A stretch of DNA of 63,870 nt, the filler included, from Choristocarpus tenellus KU-1152 (Eukaryota > Protista > Phaeophyceae), in assembly GCA_964200185.2 (NCBI GenBank). It is 11 parts of 11 records of this genome, joined end to end, with 100 filler letters (N's around TTAATTAATTAA, not from the genome) between each part and the next. Parts side by side here need not be neighbours in the genome. Positions count along the whole stretch, not along the records: positions 30,880 to 36,717 come from CAXNAD020009635.1; positions 36,818 to 39,787 come from CAXNAD020023274.1; positions 39,888 to 55,548 come from CAXNAD020000952.1; 8 more parts are not named here. The stretch is one strand, 5' to 3'. A program made the translations under genes and the position numbers. Below, in pieces: positions 36,704 to 50,700 of the stretch (position 1 is its first letter; every line of letters starts with the position of its first letter). The notes beneath the pieces were generated by a model that had not been told where the DNA came from, did not search any database, and worked only from the letters and a program-made list of their open reading frames with translations.

Positions 36704-39477
36704 CCCCTCGCCGCCGCNNNNNNNNNNNNNNNNNNNNNNNNNNNNNNNNNNNNNNNNNNNNTTAATTAATTAANNNNNNNNNNNNNNNNNNNNNNNNNNN
36801 NNNNNNNNNNNNNNNNNAAAACACCAAAAAACCGCGAAATGAAAAAATTGACCTCAAATGGACAGCCCCCCCCCCCCCCCCCAAATACTTTGACCCTGAA
36901 TATGTTACTGCTGGGCGGTGAGTGTCAATGGCTGTTGGCAATTGCAACCGAGGTATGCAAAATACAGGCTAAACATCATAGCCACTGTACCCCCCCCGTA
37001 CTTGCTATTATTGGAGGTGTTATCCGTATGGTACACAGTTGTACCCTTGAAAGATGTGAATGCAGGAAAGATGGAAAACGAAGTTAGTTCGAACCGAATT
37101 GAAAGGATAATCGGAGGAATATGTAGTATCTGTGGAATGACCCCTTTTGCAGCAACGCATGTGATGATCATATCTGGAGGGAGATTGTGTCAATTGGGTT
37201 ATGAACAGCTCTTTTGTGGTCATTGCCATTTACTCCAGAGTATTCCTGGGGTCTGTCTTGTGGGTGCCATTAGATATAAGGGGCATCTCTTGTATTGTAC
37301 AGTATTGCTCTATTGGCACAGTCTACATCGCCGTCTATGTTTCTATAATATTGGACCAAGGATACACTGGTTAGACCTCTTTTGTTCAACCGATGTCCTT
37401 GGCTTTTTTTCCTGTGTGTTTATTCTTGGAAGGTAGGATGGAAGCGCGTGTGTTAAATTAAATATACTCCGAAACAAGTTTAATCTATCCAGTACTTGTC
37501 TCCGCCCATCATAACAAGCATAGCCAAGGCTGTCTGGAGGGTAAAAAAATGTAGATGTGTGAGGGGAGGTCGTTTAGGAGACTTTCGCTCTGAGAATCAG
37601 TGGATGGGAGAACAGACATAGCAACCTATATGATACTGCAGACTATGAGTACTGTCTGGAGGAACAAGGTACACAAACTGGCTACTACAACTTAACGTCC
37701 GTAGATATCATGTTTGTTTTTAATGTATTCAGGGGATTTATTGGGCCATGGGAAAAGCCTTTGCGGGTGATATTTGTTATGCATGTAGAACGAGTATATC
37801 CTCTGTCCCTGCATGCATAGGATATGTGGTGGCCGCCTGTTTGTTCTCTCATACAACCAAGGTATCTTCGGTATTTTGTTTTTTTTCCCTTGGCATGCAC
37901 ACCAGGAATGCTACTTTGTCTTGAACGTGAAGTTTAGATTTACCCTCTACGCTCCTAAATTGGACTCGCCGTACCTGTTATCGTGGACACATATGCACCC
38001 TTTTCCAACTTCAGAGGTACTACTAGTCCTTGACTTGGAAATGTTACTTCAGTTTCAAATTTGAGTCTTGCGTACAGAAGCAGGATAGTGCGTATAAGAG
38101 CTACACTTTATGTCATATATATACATATTGTGATCCGGGAAGGATACTTGGTAGATATCTCTTGGCCATAACTGTGGGTACTAGTAAATATGACTTGTCG
38201 GGATGCACATGTTCCAAGCCACCATTTCCACCTCAAATATAACCCTTCACAGATACAGGGACTGTACAAGTCCTTGATCACACTATTATGCGCACTGATT
38301 GTTATCATGAATAGTACAGCATATTTCCGTTATGTGCAGGAACTCTTTTCCTTTGTCGTGTTGCTCTCTGTTCCTCTGCACATGTTTCTCATGCTCCTCT
38401 TCAAATCACACTTGTCTTCCATCCATTCAGCAGGTCCACGATGGTGAAGACATGGAGAGGAGTCTGTATTGTGTGTATTGTTTGTAGACAAGGAGGTGGA
38501 ACACAACACAAAGTTGCCTCTGTGGAGCATCTCTTATATGTTCGACAATCCGCAGGATCCAAGAAATTACATTAAGAAAAACGTTACCATGCACAGGATA
38601 ATACAGGCCCTAGATAACACAGAGTTGAACTCCATGCTCCTACCCGACCAGGAGACCTGCGGAAGCAGAGCATCTTTGTATATGGCTATACAAGAAAGAG
38701 CACATGCAGCGCGCACGTTGCTGTCAGTGATGACGAGGAGTTTGACCTCAGCGTGAACATTTCACAAGTCCCTAAGCAGGCAACTTGTGTGAGGGGGGGA
38801 TGGTAAGATTGAGAGAAAATGACTTCAACCTGGAGGAGATAGTGTATTGCCCATCGGTACTGTTTCTGGACAAGATATCGAAATAAGGAGTGTGTCCATC
38901 ATCGTTGCATATACCTATTTTTCTTGCACATGTTGGTAGATCATCGCAAACTAAATACTACCTACATGTAATCATTCAAAATTACTGTGTGAGGTTCTTC
39001 TTTGTTACAACCAGTGCGGTTTCTCTTGTTCCGCTTCCTCCACGCTTCTACACACCTGTTTCTTCTTTTTGGTTGAACAAAAGTAAACGACAGGTACCCA
39101 CAGTTTATCAATAGAGAAGCAACGCTTTCAAGTCAAACTTGGCATTTCATCCATAGAAATATGGGTGAGTTGCAAAAGATTGGAAAAACTGACATAAAAT
39201 GCAAAACGAGCAAAAACTGGGTACACTCTTGTTTACTTTGGCATGTTGAATTTTCTTCTTCTCGCCTCGGTCGCTGCAAGAAACACTGTCTGATTACCAC
39301 GCTTGTCACTCTTTTAAGAGCTGGAATGGATAGTGCTTTTTGATCATTCAATTGTAGTGAATGTGGTGTAGTAGTTAATCTTTGTTTTGCTCACGAATTC
39401 TGGATCATTATTATTGTCACTTTATTACTTGTTTGCCATTCCCCTAATCTCCATCCCTCTCCTGGTTTCCTATTTAC

Positions 39478-39655
39478 CCCCATTTGATGACCAACCAGTG
39501 CGAATGCCCTTCGTCACCGATTGCCAGCCATCCCCCACATTTGATGACCAACCAGTGCGAATGCCCTTCGTCACTGATTGCCAGTCATCCCCCACATTTG
39601 ATGACCAACCATTGCGACTGCCGTTTGTCACTGCTTGCCAGCCATCCCCACCTTT
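39478..39655. repeat. 57-bp tandem repeat, 3 copies
   Basis: CATTTGATGACCAACCAGTGCGAATGCCCTTCGTCAC... at 39481, 39538 and 39595. Confidence 0.92.
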
Positions 39656-42600
39656 CAACCCACACAAGTTTCCACTCCCCTCAACCCCACAGCAGTTCTC
39701 ACTCCACTCAACACCACTCCACAATCATCCAAGAAACCCCTTCATGATCTACTTCAAACCGTGCCTTTGAGCTAGAAGATATCTACCNNNNNNNNNNNNN
39801 NNNNNNNNNNNNNNNNNNNNNNNNNNNNNNNTTAATTAATTAANNNNNNNNNNNNNNNNNNNNNNNNNNNNNNNNNNNNNNNNNNNNGAAAAGACTTTAC
39901 TAAAGAGGCAGGCGGTAAGCACCCTCTCCCCTCCCTGCCAACCCCCACCCCCGCCCTCGCCCTCGCCCTCGCCCCAACTACATCTCATCCTCTCCTTAAC
40001 TTTCCCTGCCCTACCATCCCATACTGTGAAATGATGGTGGACAACCAAGCACAAAACCGGGGGCGTGAGTAGGGTTGCAGTTTAGCCAGCAGTGCGTATG
40101 ATTGTCAGGGAAACTGTCAACATGTCAAGTTCATGGCAGCCTTCGATATCTCTGTAAGACCAATGGCCCGCCATATATTGTGCCCCATATGCTATTTTGA
40201 GTACATCCCTAGGTCAAGTGCCACACACTACCATTGAATTATCAGGAACAGATTTTGCACACCACAATCCCTAACCCTAGCAAGGAGGAAAGAAGGCGAG
40301 AGTGAGAGATTGGCGCAGGTGGTGATGGGCATTTAATAAAAAGAATCAGAACGTTCAGAGGGTAAGGTCTTGGTGACTTCTTGGGACTCCACCACTAATG
40401 TATACATTCCGTGATGCTTTGTCAGCTTCTTTTTTGTAAGTTGTATTGGCACTACGCTTGTTAGTATGGGGCTTTTTTTTTGTGCTTAGAGTTAAACTAA
40501 GCGAGAGGAACCCGGAGTTGCATTTTAAGGATGCTGACAAGTATGTGTGCAAATTTGTCTCTTTTTTCTTAATGTGTACAGGATATTTTCTTACTTGTGT
40601 CAGAAAATTTTCAAAAAATATATGGAAAAAGAAATGCTCTCAAGTTAAACTTGAAACTTCAACCGCAGAAGTATGGGTGAACAGCAATATAGATTGAAAA
40701 CGGGCTTAGAAATTATGATCAGCCAAAACCTGGGTTCCTCTCATTTGCTTTGCCTCACCCGTTAGGTTCCTAGAAATTATGCTTAACTTGATATACAGCT
40801 CACATGCCTTATGACTCTCAGTTTGACAAAGATGTGTGTGTATGTGTGTACGTCAGGGTGGGATACATGAGTGAGACAGCTTCCTTTTGAAAAAAGTGTT
40901 CTATGCCTTCTCCATGCCGATGACTTTATGTTCCAAGGAAAAGAGTGTTGCATTCATGAAATCCAGAAGGTGCTGCCAACGCGAACTTTTTGGGATCAGT
41001 ATTTTATTAATTACCCCCCACATTCATATTGTAAGTGTTGTTGTGAGGGGTTGTTGAGTTAGTTGATGGAGGTAGTTAGTTCTCAGTTGAAGTTTGAACT
41101 GGAAAATGGTTGTCGACACCACCTCCTCTGAGACAGAAAGTGGACTGTTTGCAGAATAGATTGGGCGTGATTAATGCTGGTGACTAGCATTTTGTCTGAA
41201 GAGGTGAAAAAAAAAAATGTCCACACACCGACAGGAAAAGTACACCTTGTATTGTTCAATGAGGATATATACTGTACATAACCGACCCAAGATGTGTGGC
41301 ACTATAGACAAGCCCAGATTTTGCTGTCTCTGCTTTTGAGGCAGCATTATTGTATTATCGGGTGGCAGATCAAAGGATGGAGTAAATTCAAGCAGACTTT
41401 TTATGATAGGCAAGTCTTCGTGGAAAAATTCATGGCTATTGTGGTAGAAAGTGTATGTTTTTTTCAGTACATGCGATATCGTTGCGGTTGATAATGAATA
41501 CATTGTATGTGAAATACTACACATTATTTTATTTTTTGATAATTCGGTACTACAAAAGATCACTTTTGCTTGCAAGGTCACACAGCAATAAGGAACATGG
41601 CCTGGCCTCTCATCTTCTGTAATAATCAATACAAGTTACTCAATCGAGGACGTGTTTCTTGTTCCTGCCATTTCTGTAACTCCACAAACACAGATTTGTT
41701 CGTTCTCACATTATTTTTCCACACACACACCCCAACCTGCCCCCCCCCCCCGCTCCCACCTGCCCTGACTTATGAGTAGGAGCTCAAGAAGTCATTGTAC
41801 GAGCGATTTGGGTCATCAATCCAGCTGGAGAGTTGAGAAGAGATAGATACCGCTAAATGTAATGTGGGTTTCCTAGTTATGTTAATGACACAATGATAGT
41901 ACTACATAATACAAAGGCAGGTGGTGATGCAGGGCAGTGCAGGACATGTAATTGGAGGGGTGGAGTGAGAGTGTTGACATGTTTAAATTTTTGTTGGGGC
42001 AGGGGCCTCATTCACAGTTAGAAGCTCTTGTGTACTAGTCTGCAGGTCGGTCTTTACTGTTTGCTTTTTATGTGCGAGAATGCTTTGTTCCGCAGATCAA
42101 TTTGGGTAGGCTGGGTCTGAACACCTGCAGCCCCTGCTAATGCAGTTGCAACTTTTACTGGAAGGGGCAGCATGCACATCTGTATCTATGAGAAATGCAC
42201 TCAAAATGTATTAACACTACATACATGCTGCTATTTTCAAAGCTAAGTCACTTATTCAGGGAGAAACACGAAACTGGAGAAGCGCTTGGGAAGCACTTTA
42301 GACAGGGTCAAGCTACGACTATGACCAATCCTGACATGTATTGAGCTTCATTGTGACGGGATCCTATAGATTATTTTGATACACAGAGCAGCATGATATA
42401 GGTGTATATATGTTCATATGATCTTGCGAAATGAAGCAAAGCTTCTCGCATTGCCTTACCGACCGTATACACGGGTGGAGTACCATTTTTTTTTGCACTC
42501 ATACTTTCCAGATGTGTTACTCTAGTGCACCCCCAAATAATGTGCTTTTCCTGACCTGTTTTCAAACCATCAAAGAAGCAAGCACTGCTCGCCCTGCTGG

Positions 42601-43505
42601 ACCTGGCAAGACTTTGTACACTATTAATGCTCCGTGCAATATATGTCCCAACATATGGCTACAGCATGCCAATGGAAATTGCATTTCCAACATCCTCCCC
42701 ATAGTTGACGTGGTTTGACGTCAGTTTGTGCTTAAAGTTGTGTGTGGATAATTGGGATAGGGTGTCATAGGAGACCATTGGAATATCTGAGAGCATTGGA
42801 AATGGGAGTTGTTGCTTATATGCCCTCATCAACAGCAGAATACCAATGTAGGAAGTGCTGTCTGCCGTAAATTGATTCTAATCCATGATCGACAGTTTGT
42901 GCACAGTTAGTGCGTATATGCTGTGTTCTCGATCAATTGATGCTGTTTGCCATCGTTCGTTGCGCTCACCACAACATGATTGTGCCACTGGGCATGAGTA
43001 TACAAACTAGCATGTTATGATCTCAACCATGTTCTGATCAATCGGCACGGACTCCAGATGGCTTGGGTGATGATGACCGTTTAACAAAGACAGATGCTTC
43101 CTATCTCCATGAAGCAGACAACTGTACTCAAACAACATAGTAGAGTAGTGGATATTGAGGGGGTTACCGTCTCTCAACAATAGGACTACATTGCACACAA
43201 TAAGATCATAATGAAAGTACCCTGAGACAGAGAATTGAAACATCAGGTTTTCTCCCAGTACATGTGGGTTATGATCTCTCTGTCAAGTTTGAATTTGCTG
43301 GTCTGGATGGGTACGCTTGTCGTCCAGGTTCTTGCGAGTGTGTGTGTGTGTGGTGAAACAGATGGATACCACTCTGAAATGGGAAACGCGCGAAAATAGT
43401 GCGCGAGATGCACGCGGAATTGATATTTTTTGTGGCTGGGATTATTGATGTGGTTCACTCAATACCTGGCTTGCCCAAGCATCGCCCAACAGGTTAGGAG
43501 CAAAC

Positions 43506-46500
43506 ATGGCTGATGGTGCTGGTGGTGGTGAATGGGGAGGTGGAGGGGGAGGTGGAGGTGGCGACCGCGGGGATGACCGTGGTGAGTCCTTGACTATTCT
43601 TGCTACCGCAGCTTCTATACTCAATGCATTGCTACGGTTGCACAATGTACGGCCTTTTCTCTGCACCCGATAAGTGCATGAAGCACCGCGGATTCTGGAG
43701 TGCTTTAAGCTGGTTAATCGTGTGCAATAATACACTACATCTCGATGATCCCATTCCGAGTTTGGCTGAGAGTTTGAGTTCATTTGCACCATGACTTGTC
43801 CTTCATACTGATCTCGGACAGTGTCACCCCTCTCCTGAAGAAGAAAAATATACCATCCCCACCATCTATATTGACTACGCCCTCTTCCCAATCCTTTGCT
43901 CCTAGGCCGTGGTGGCTTCGGTAGGGGTCGTGATAGCCGTGGCCGTGGCCGTGGCCGTGGGCGCGGACGTCCCCGTGACGATGACAAGGAGTGGGTTCCC
44001 ATCACCAAGCTTGGTCGCCTGGTAAAGGAGAACAAGATCAAGTCTCTTGAAGACATTTACCTGTTCTCCATGCCAATCAAGGGTAAGTTTCCCTAGAAGT
44101 ATGGTGTGTAGGTGATCGACAGACATCATCTTCCATACCATCCTTCCAGCAACTTGTTTTGGAATGAAAACTAGCTGCGAATAACCTCGGAGCCGAGAAC
44201 GCTAATGTTCTACCCAATCATTCATCTGCCACTACCTTCACTTTTGAGATATTTTTCCCTGGGACACCGCATGGTTGTCATACTTGCTATCGTATGGGTA
44301 GGTCTGATAGGAAAGATCTCAGTTTCTTCTTTGCTCAATTAAATCTCTGTTATGTCAACTCAGTAGTCACGTCACCTCAAGTCAAAACACCTCAAAGAAC
44401 CCAGAATTCTAGTTTAAGCGACGTTACATAATAGCTTCGACAATATTGTCAGAACATAGGCTGAAAGATGCTCTCGATTTTTGCTCAGAACCAACCCTGT
44501 TCAAGGTGTAACAGGGCTGAGTGGCAACTGTTTTTCTAGCAGTTGTCTCAGAATAGAGGCATGTATTTGAGAAAGTCAATTGATCGTCATTAGGCTATAT
44601 TACACACTTCATTTCCAACCGCGTGATCCTATGAAAAAGTTATTGTGAGTATTGTCGCTCTGATAGATATCTGCCGTCACCCAAATCTTGAATCCACTCA
44701 GCTACATCAGAGCAGGGGTTGTCTTTGACTGGGTCCACAGTTTCAACGTCGGAGATGAGTCATCTGCACCTCTATAAATTTCTTTCTGTCTTTCAACAGT
44801 TTAAAATAAAGTGAATCGTACTATATAGTATGCCTCACAGTATATCTATTTATTCTGCTTAATAGTTGTGCCTTTCTCTTGACCCGAAGAGTTCCAGATT
44901 GTGGACTTCTTCCTAGGATCCAAGCTCAAGGATGAGGTGATGAAGATCATGCCTGTGCAGAAGGTGTCTGCTGCCGGTCAGATCACCCGTTTCAAGGCCT
45001 TTGTTGCTGTTGGGGATGAGTCCGGCCACGTTGGACTTGGTGTCAAGTGTGCCAAGGAGGTGGGAAAAGTTCTGACCTAGACAAATGACACATCTTATTT
45101 TGTGTTTTACTGTTTGTGGTGCACAGGTGTAGTATGTGCTATGTAAAAAATATGTTTTTTTAATTTTAAGAACACAGTCCAATAAGGGTTATCATGTAGC
45201 ATTCAGAATTTTTATGACTGTGTTTTGATTCATATGATAAACGCTCTGTGTAGGGCATTTTGAGCTATCAGAATCTAGAGTTATTCCTCTCTTCTAGAGC
45301 TGTGCTTTTTGAGGAAGGTGTTAGTGCCATCCAGGCATGGAGATATTATATTGTAGATTGCCCCAGGTTCAAAAGTCCTTGAATTCCTCTGATTTGTGCT
45401 GTTGTTGCATTTGTCCGCTCTCAACTGTTTGGGGAGGGTGTTCCCATTTCATGTGCAACGAGAGTCGAATTTTAAGTTTCTTGGATAGGATCTTTTTCGG
45501 TACACTGCATGCATGAGACTGACGAGGAATATCTTTTTAAGTTTTGAAGAGTTTGGTTACACGCCTCTTTCACTAGTCACAGCTTTCAATCCTTTTGTTG
45601 GTTCTACCATTGTAGAAAGATATGAACATAATTGCTTCATGCTATTATGGCTCTAGATCCCATGGTATTTTGCTGTTGACGATCATTACCATTCAGAGGA
45701 TTTAAGAAATTCTGGGTAAATGACATCAACATTTTGTGTCCGTGGCAACCGTGACACTCTTTGCCATCTCTCTCTCTCTCTCTCTCTCTGAATGCTAGCT
45801 TACATAACGCAGCATTTACATCCGTTTGTGGAAGTATCAAGATGAAGAAATTGTTGCATGGACAGTGGAATTAAAAAAAAAAAATGCATGAGCTTTTGTA
45901 TTGGGTTAAAATGTGTAATTCCAACAGGACCACAACTCTTTCAAAAAAATAAATCAAGTTCAATCCTGGCATTGATTTAAATATGGTTAGAATGCTAGCT
46001 ATTCCAATTATAGTAATGTCATTAAATTTTGATTATTCCAAGTTTACTCATAGATAGGGAGGAATCGTTTGGGGGATTGCCAATGTTAAGGGGGGGGGTT
46101 ATTTTCACCTCCTAGCTAGAAGATGTGAAATTGTGTAGAGGTTTGGTGAAGTGTTTGACCCATATTACTGCCAAAAATGCTCTGTGATATTTCTGGTTCA
46201 ATGCTTTTGGTGTAGGTCGCCACCGCTATCCGTGGAGCCATAATTATTGCCAAGATGTCTGTGGTGCCTGTGCGACGTGGCTACTGGGGCCGTAAGAACG
46301 GCGCTCCTCACACTGTACCCAACAAGGTGAGGTGTAGTACGGGACACATGGTGCATTGTCTTGTGGAATGTGTTTTTGAGAGCATCAACTGTTTTGTTCT
46401 GAGTGTGCAAGGGATCAGAGTGATGGGGGTCGTGTCCACAGTTATATTTTCATCGTTTGATTCACCGTATTCAATGCTTTGTGTGTTTTTTTGTTGTGGC

Positions 46501-47719
46501 TAGGGTTCGGTCCATGTAATGGTTTTGTTTGCCTTACATGATTGGGTATGGAAATATGTAGGTGTGTGATGCCAGGAAAGTTTGCTGAGTTTTTTTATTT
46601 GGATGAAATCAGGTTACGGGCAAGTGTGGCTCTGTCCGGGTGCGTCTCATCCCTGCCCCTCGTGGTACTGGTCTGGTCGCTGCCCCTGTGCCCAAGAAGC
46701 TCCTAAGCATGGTAAGAACAGCTTTGAGGATGTTACTGCATACTCGGTGTTGTTGCCTTTATGTACCTGAGTATATGTAGGGGGTCTCATTGTGGGGTGG
46801 TTATTGTAAACGGCAAATATACGTAAATGGATTTTCACCTTTTTGGGAAGTATTTTTCTGGAATAAAACTGATGTGGAATTTTGGTGCCATTGATTTTTT
46901 AAATCATAGCTTTACCCATACAAATTTTGTTAGGTGTACCTTCAAAAATTAGAGTATCTGTGCATAACTGTTTTGTCTCACAAAGCATACTTTTGTTTGT
47001 GGAGCCGCTTCCATTTCCCCCACCCTACACCATCACAGATTTCAAACAAGCATGTCAAGGAGACAAGTACCTTTCTGGTCGCCTTTTGAATTCTGCTATG
47101 CTTTCTTGTGTTTTCCCATAATGCTGCAGGCGGGTGTTGAGGATTGCTACACATCCTCACGTGGCCACACCCGCACCCTGGGTAACTTTGTCAAGGCGGT
47201 ATACTTTGCCCTTGCCAAGACATACGGTTACCTGTCCCCTGAGCTGTGGAAGCCGACGGTGTTCCAGGTGTGTTTGTAAACAAGACGTATGCACTCTTCA
47301 CCCTGAAGCTTGTTCAATCTGGCTTTGTGTTGAAAGAAATGTGTGTGGTACTTCAATAGGGGATGGTAAGGTTTCCCTAACCTGAAGTCTACATACAGTG
47401 GGGGTATATTTCTCAAGTCCTTGCATCACCGAATGGTGTTCCAGGTCTTTGGTCCGTTTTCGTTGGAATTGAGATGTATTGTCGGTTTGCTTCCTGTAAT
47501 GATCAGTTTTCTGATCAATGCAGTTAGGAAAAGGTAGGAGGTATCAACAGTTCTTATAAACATACTTCTCCATGCACCTCATCCCTTGCTGACCCTAATC
47601 CCGTCCCTGCCCCTCCTACCCACGTTTCTGTTACAAACCTTTTGTGACTTGAGCAGTCTACTCCTTACCAGGAACACACCGACTTCCTTGCAAAGAACCC
47701 TGCCCCCAAGGCCATTTGA
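43506..47719 (+). CDS. RPS2: 40S ribosomal protein S2 (uS5), complete, 277 aa. Exons 43506-43581, 43906-44082, 44890-45059, 46216-46326, 46613-46711, 47130-47267, 47657-47719
   Basis: RG-rich N-terminus, [106 protein letters not shown]. All six introns are GT-AG and phase-consistent (834 nt CDS). Confidence 0.97.
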
Positions 47720-50700
47720 GCAGTCATTCTGAAACAGTGGGAGATTAAAAGTCTTTCTGATCAACACATGAAATTAATGGCGGGGGGGAAAGCGCGAGGG
47801 CAAGCGCGCTACGGTGCGTAGGTGTCGACCCCCCTTCCTTTACCTTCCCAACTCCTCGCTGTTGCAAAGTCTTTGGCTAGTTACTGTGTTTATGAGAGGG
47901 GGGTGTGGGAAAGGTTTGTTGGGGAAAGCGTTGGGTGACGCTGCGGTGTGTGTGTGCCGACCTTGACAGTGGAGAGCTTCATATTTGTTTGGCCAATCAA
48001 AATCAAGCCTTGGAGATTGTGAATGCTTCCTTCTTGCACATTAAACTCTTCTTATAATACAGTAACAAAAATCAGCTGCTTGAGGTATTGGTGGTTATCT
48101 CTTGACATGTAGAGTGTTGGATGTCTGTATAAGTTTCATCAGATTCCACCTCACTTGAATTCTTCTACTGTTCAATAAATTTTATTATAAACAAAAAAAA
48201 ATGTTACTTTTTTGCTCCCAATCCCAACCCTTGACTATTTTTTTACATTATTGAGAGTGTGAATGACCAAATTGTGATTTTGTGTTAGGGCTGTGTATGG
48301 TCTGTTCTGCCTCAATTGCCTACTGGCAAGGTTGGACTTACAAAACTCATGGTTACAGCACAAGTGTTCTTAGATCAAACACAAGAATATGTAGAGGTAG
48401 GCATGGCCTCCTCCTCTGCCATCCAGTACTTGCTCTATTGGCGAACAATTTTTTGCTGAACAGTATTAAAGGAATGGTTGATCCAAAATGTGACTTTCGA
48501 AAGGGCCCTGGTGTATGATGACTCTCTTGAGTACATGTTGGAATTAGATCTACTTTCAATATAAGAATTAGGCACATACCATACCAACTGGTCCATTGAT
48601 ATTGTTTCAGGTAACAATTTCCTTAAGTCCTACATAAGTGCGACAAACTCTCTAAAGAGTTTTAAAATTACTTGAATTCGCTCCTCAAACATAGATCGGC
48701 AAGTGTGTTTAATGCCTTGTATGTCTAGGGTTTTTTGTGCAAGGGAACACATTATAGTGTTGTATGTGTAGGTAGAACAGCAGTCGTACTTAAGGCATAG
48801 ACTATTCATCGAGTGGTAGTGTGGAAAAAATGGAGTATGGACTATTGCAGGGTGAAAATCCTCAATGACTCAATGTACTAATACTAATCTAATGTTTAAG
48901 GTTACCAACTTAAGGTACATCATATTTGGGTTCAGCGCGTGGTATGACACAATAGTGAAGAAAGTGAGATTATGTAGAAGTAGGTTTTGTGTTGCCTTCT
49001 TGAGTATCTCATGACCTCCTAGTGCTGAATACCTGATGCTACTCTTGGACTTCAAGTGGGCACAAGTCATTCATCAAATTGGTAGTGTTGAAATGTTGCA
49101 GGTCTTCAAATCATTTTTTTTTAACTATCCTCAAAAAAAAAATTGCAGAGGAGTATCAATGAAGTTATATTGGTTTGTTTTCTTACCCCAGGGAGTGGGA
49201 TGGATAGGTTCAGACCTTCCCATACAAAGATAATGCATGCATACATAACATGAACTGCAAATTTTTAATTTGGGAGTCAATTTTGGTCTCGGTTCAACAA
49301 TCAAAATGTATTTATGGTATTGTAGATGGAACCTTGAAGAGCGTCTACAGTAGTTGATGGTTAGATGCATGGTCAGAAGAGCAGTATGCCCCCTACATGC
49401 AGTTGCTTTTTACTTCCATTAGGCAAACAAGAGATGATTTCAACCTTATCCTGTAACACAGGGAGCCAAGTAGCAAACATGATGTGTAGGTTGGTCAGAC
49501 TTTTTTCAATATTAGGCATGAACGTATTGTACAAAAGGAAAGTAGAACATAAAACACACCTCACAGCTTCAGTACTGGCTCTACCCTAACACGAAAGTCA
49601 ACGAAATTGTGGTGATAACTGAACCTCAAATCAATGTGATAAGGAGCAGAATCAAAAGCAAAAAGGAAAATTCCATAAAGCATGTCATCCGGGAAAGAAA
49701 ACCTCCTGACTAGAGCTGATTCTAGCTCCATGTTAACAAACTATTGCTAGCTACTAACTGAACCTCAAAGCAAGGTGGCGAAGAGCACAATCACAGATAC
49801 TGCTGTTAATAAAGATCACAAATTAAACCAGCCACCACAACTTCAGGAAACAAAATTGAAACGCATTGATATCACGTGCATCTAAAGAAACACACTTGAA
49901 CTCAAGAGGACATGGAAGACGCAACAAACAATGTAACCGCAATCTATTTAAACAACAATAATGATGATCATGACCATGTTGTGTGCTGGTCGTTCTTCCA
50001 AAGAATGATGAGGCACGATCAAGTGTTGGTTGACCACACACAGCTAAACACACTTCACAGGAAAGTGAATTAACCAGAACAATAATAACCTTTTTTATGT
50101 AATTGCTTCCAACATGCACATCCAATCGCAACAGTAGACGCTTCAAGATGGAAGCGTGTTCCTGGCAGAGTCGACCACACATCACACACACAACAAAATT
50201 AAACAAGCGATGTCCACAACGCCCGTCCAAGCTGTTCCTCGCTTTCTGGGCACTCTCTCTGAGCGTTCATGGCGACAGTTATCACAGCAAGCGGTACACA
50301 CAAAGCAAGCATGTATATATATAGTAAAAGAAAAAGTTGTGCAAGAACCTTCCAAGCACATGCGACTCAACCCTTCCCACATGGCAACAACCCCAGCTTA
50401 CTTCTTAGCAGAGGAGCCCGGATCAGGCTTACGTGCACTGCTCTTAAAGCATGAAACAAAACAAAAAAACGACAACGAATACATGGTTGGACACACCTTT
50501 TACTCTGATGAGAGCGAAGGACTGAAATGGGAGACTGAGCCCACCGTCACGGAGGAGACACCCGTGAGGTTTTCTTCATTTGAAGATGATTGTTGTAGTT
50601 GCTGCAAGGGCACATTTACTGCAAAAGCTCTCAATCCTTTACCATGGGGTTGTTCTGCCATCTTGATCACATACTGCTTTTAAATTTGCACGGATTGTTG

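Noticed and set aside
36018-36717. Poly-Pro/poly-Gly ORFs
   Set aside because: They come from C homopolymers in low-quality sequence near a contig end.
38469-38756. 95-aa ORF (VDKEVEHNTKLPLWSISYMFD...)
   Set aside because: No recognisable family and an in-frame stop just upstream; cannot tell exon from TE debris.
43582-47656. Intronic snoRNAs in RPS2
   Set aside because: No convincing RTGATGA...CTGA pair with terminal stem found by eye; a covariance search would be needed to exclude them.
50156-50683. 175-aa ORF
   Set aside because: No motif, no clear splice support and non-ATG start.
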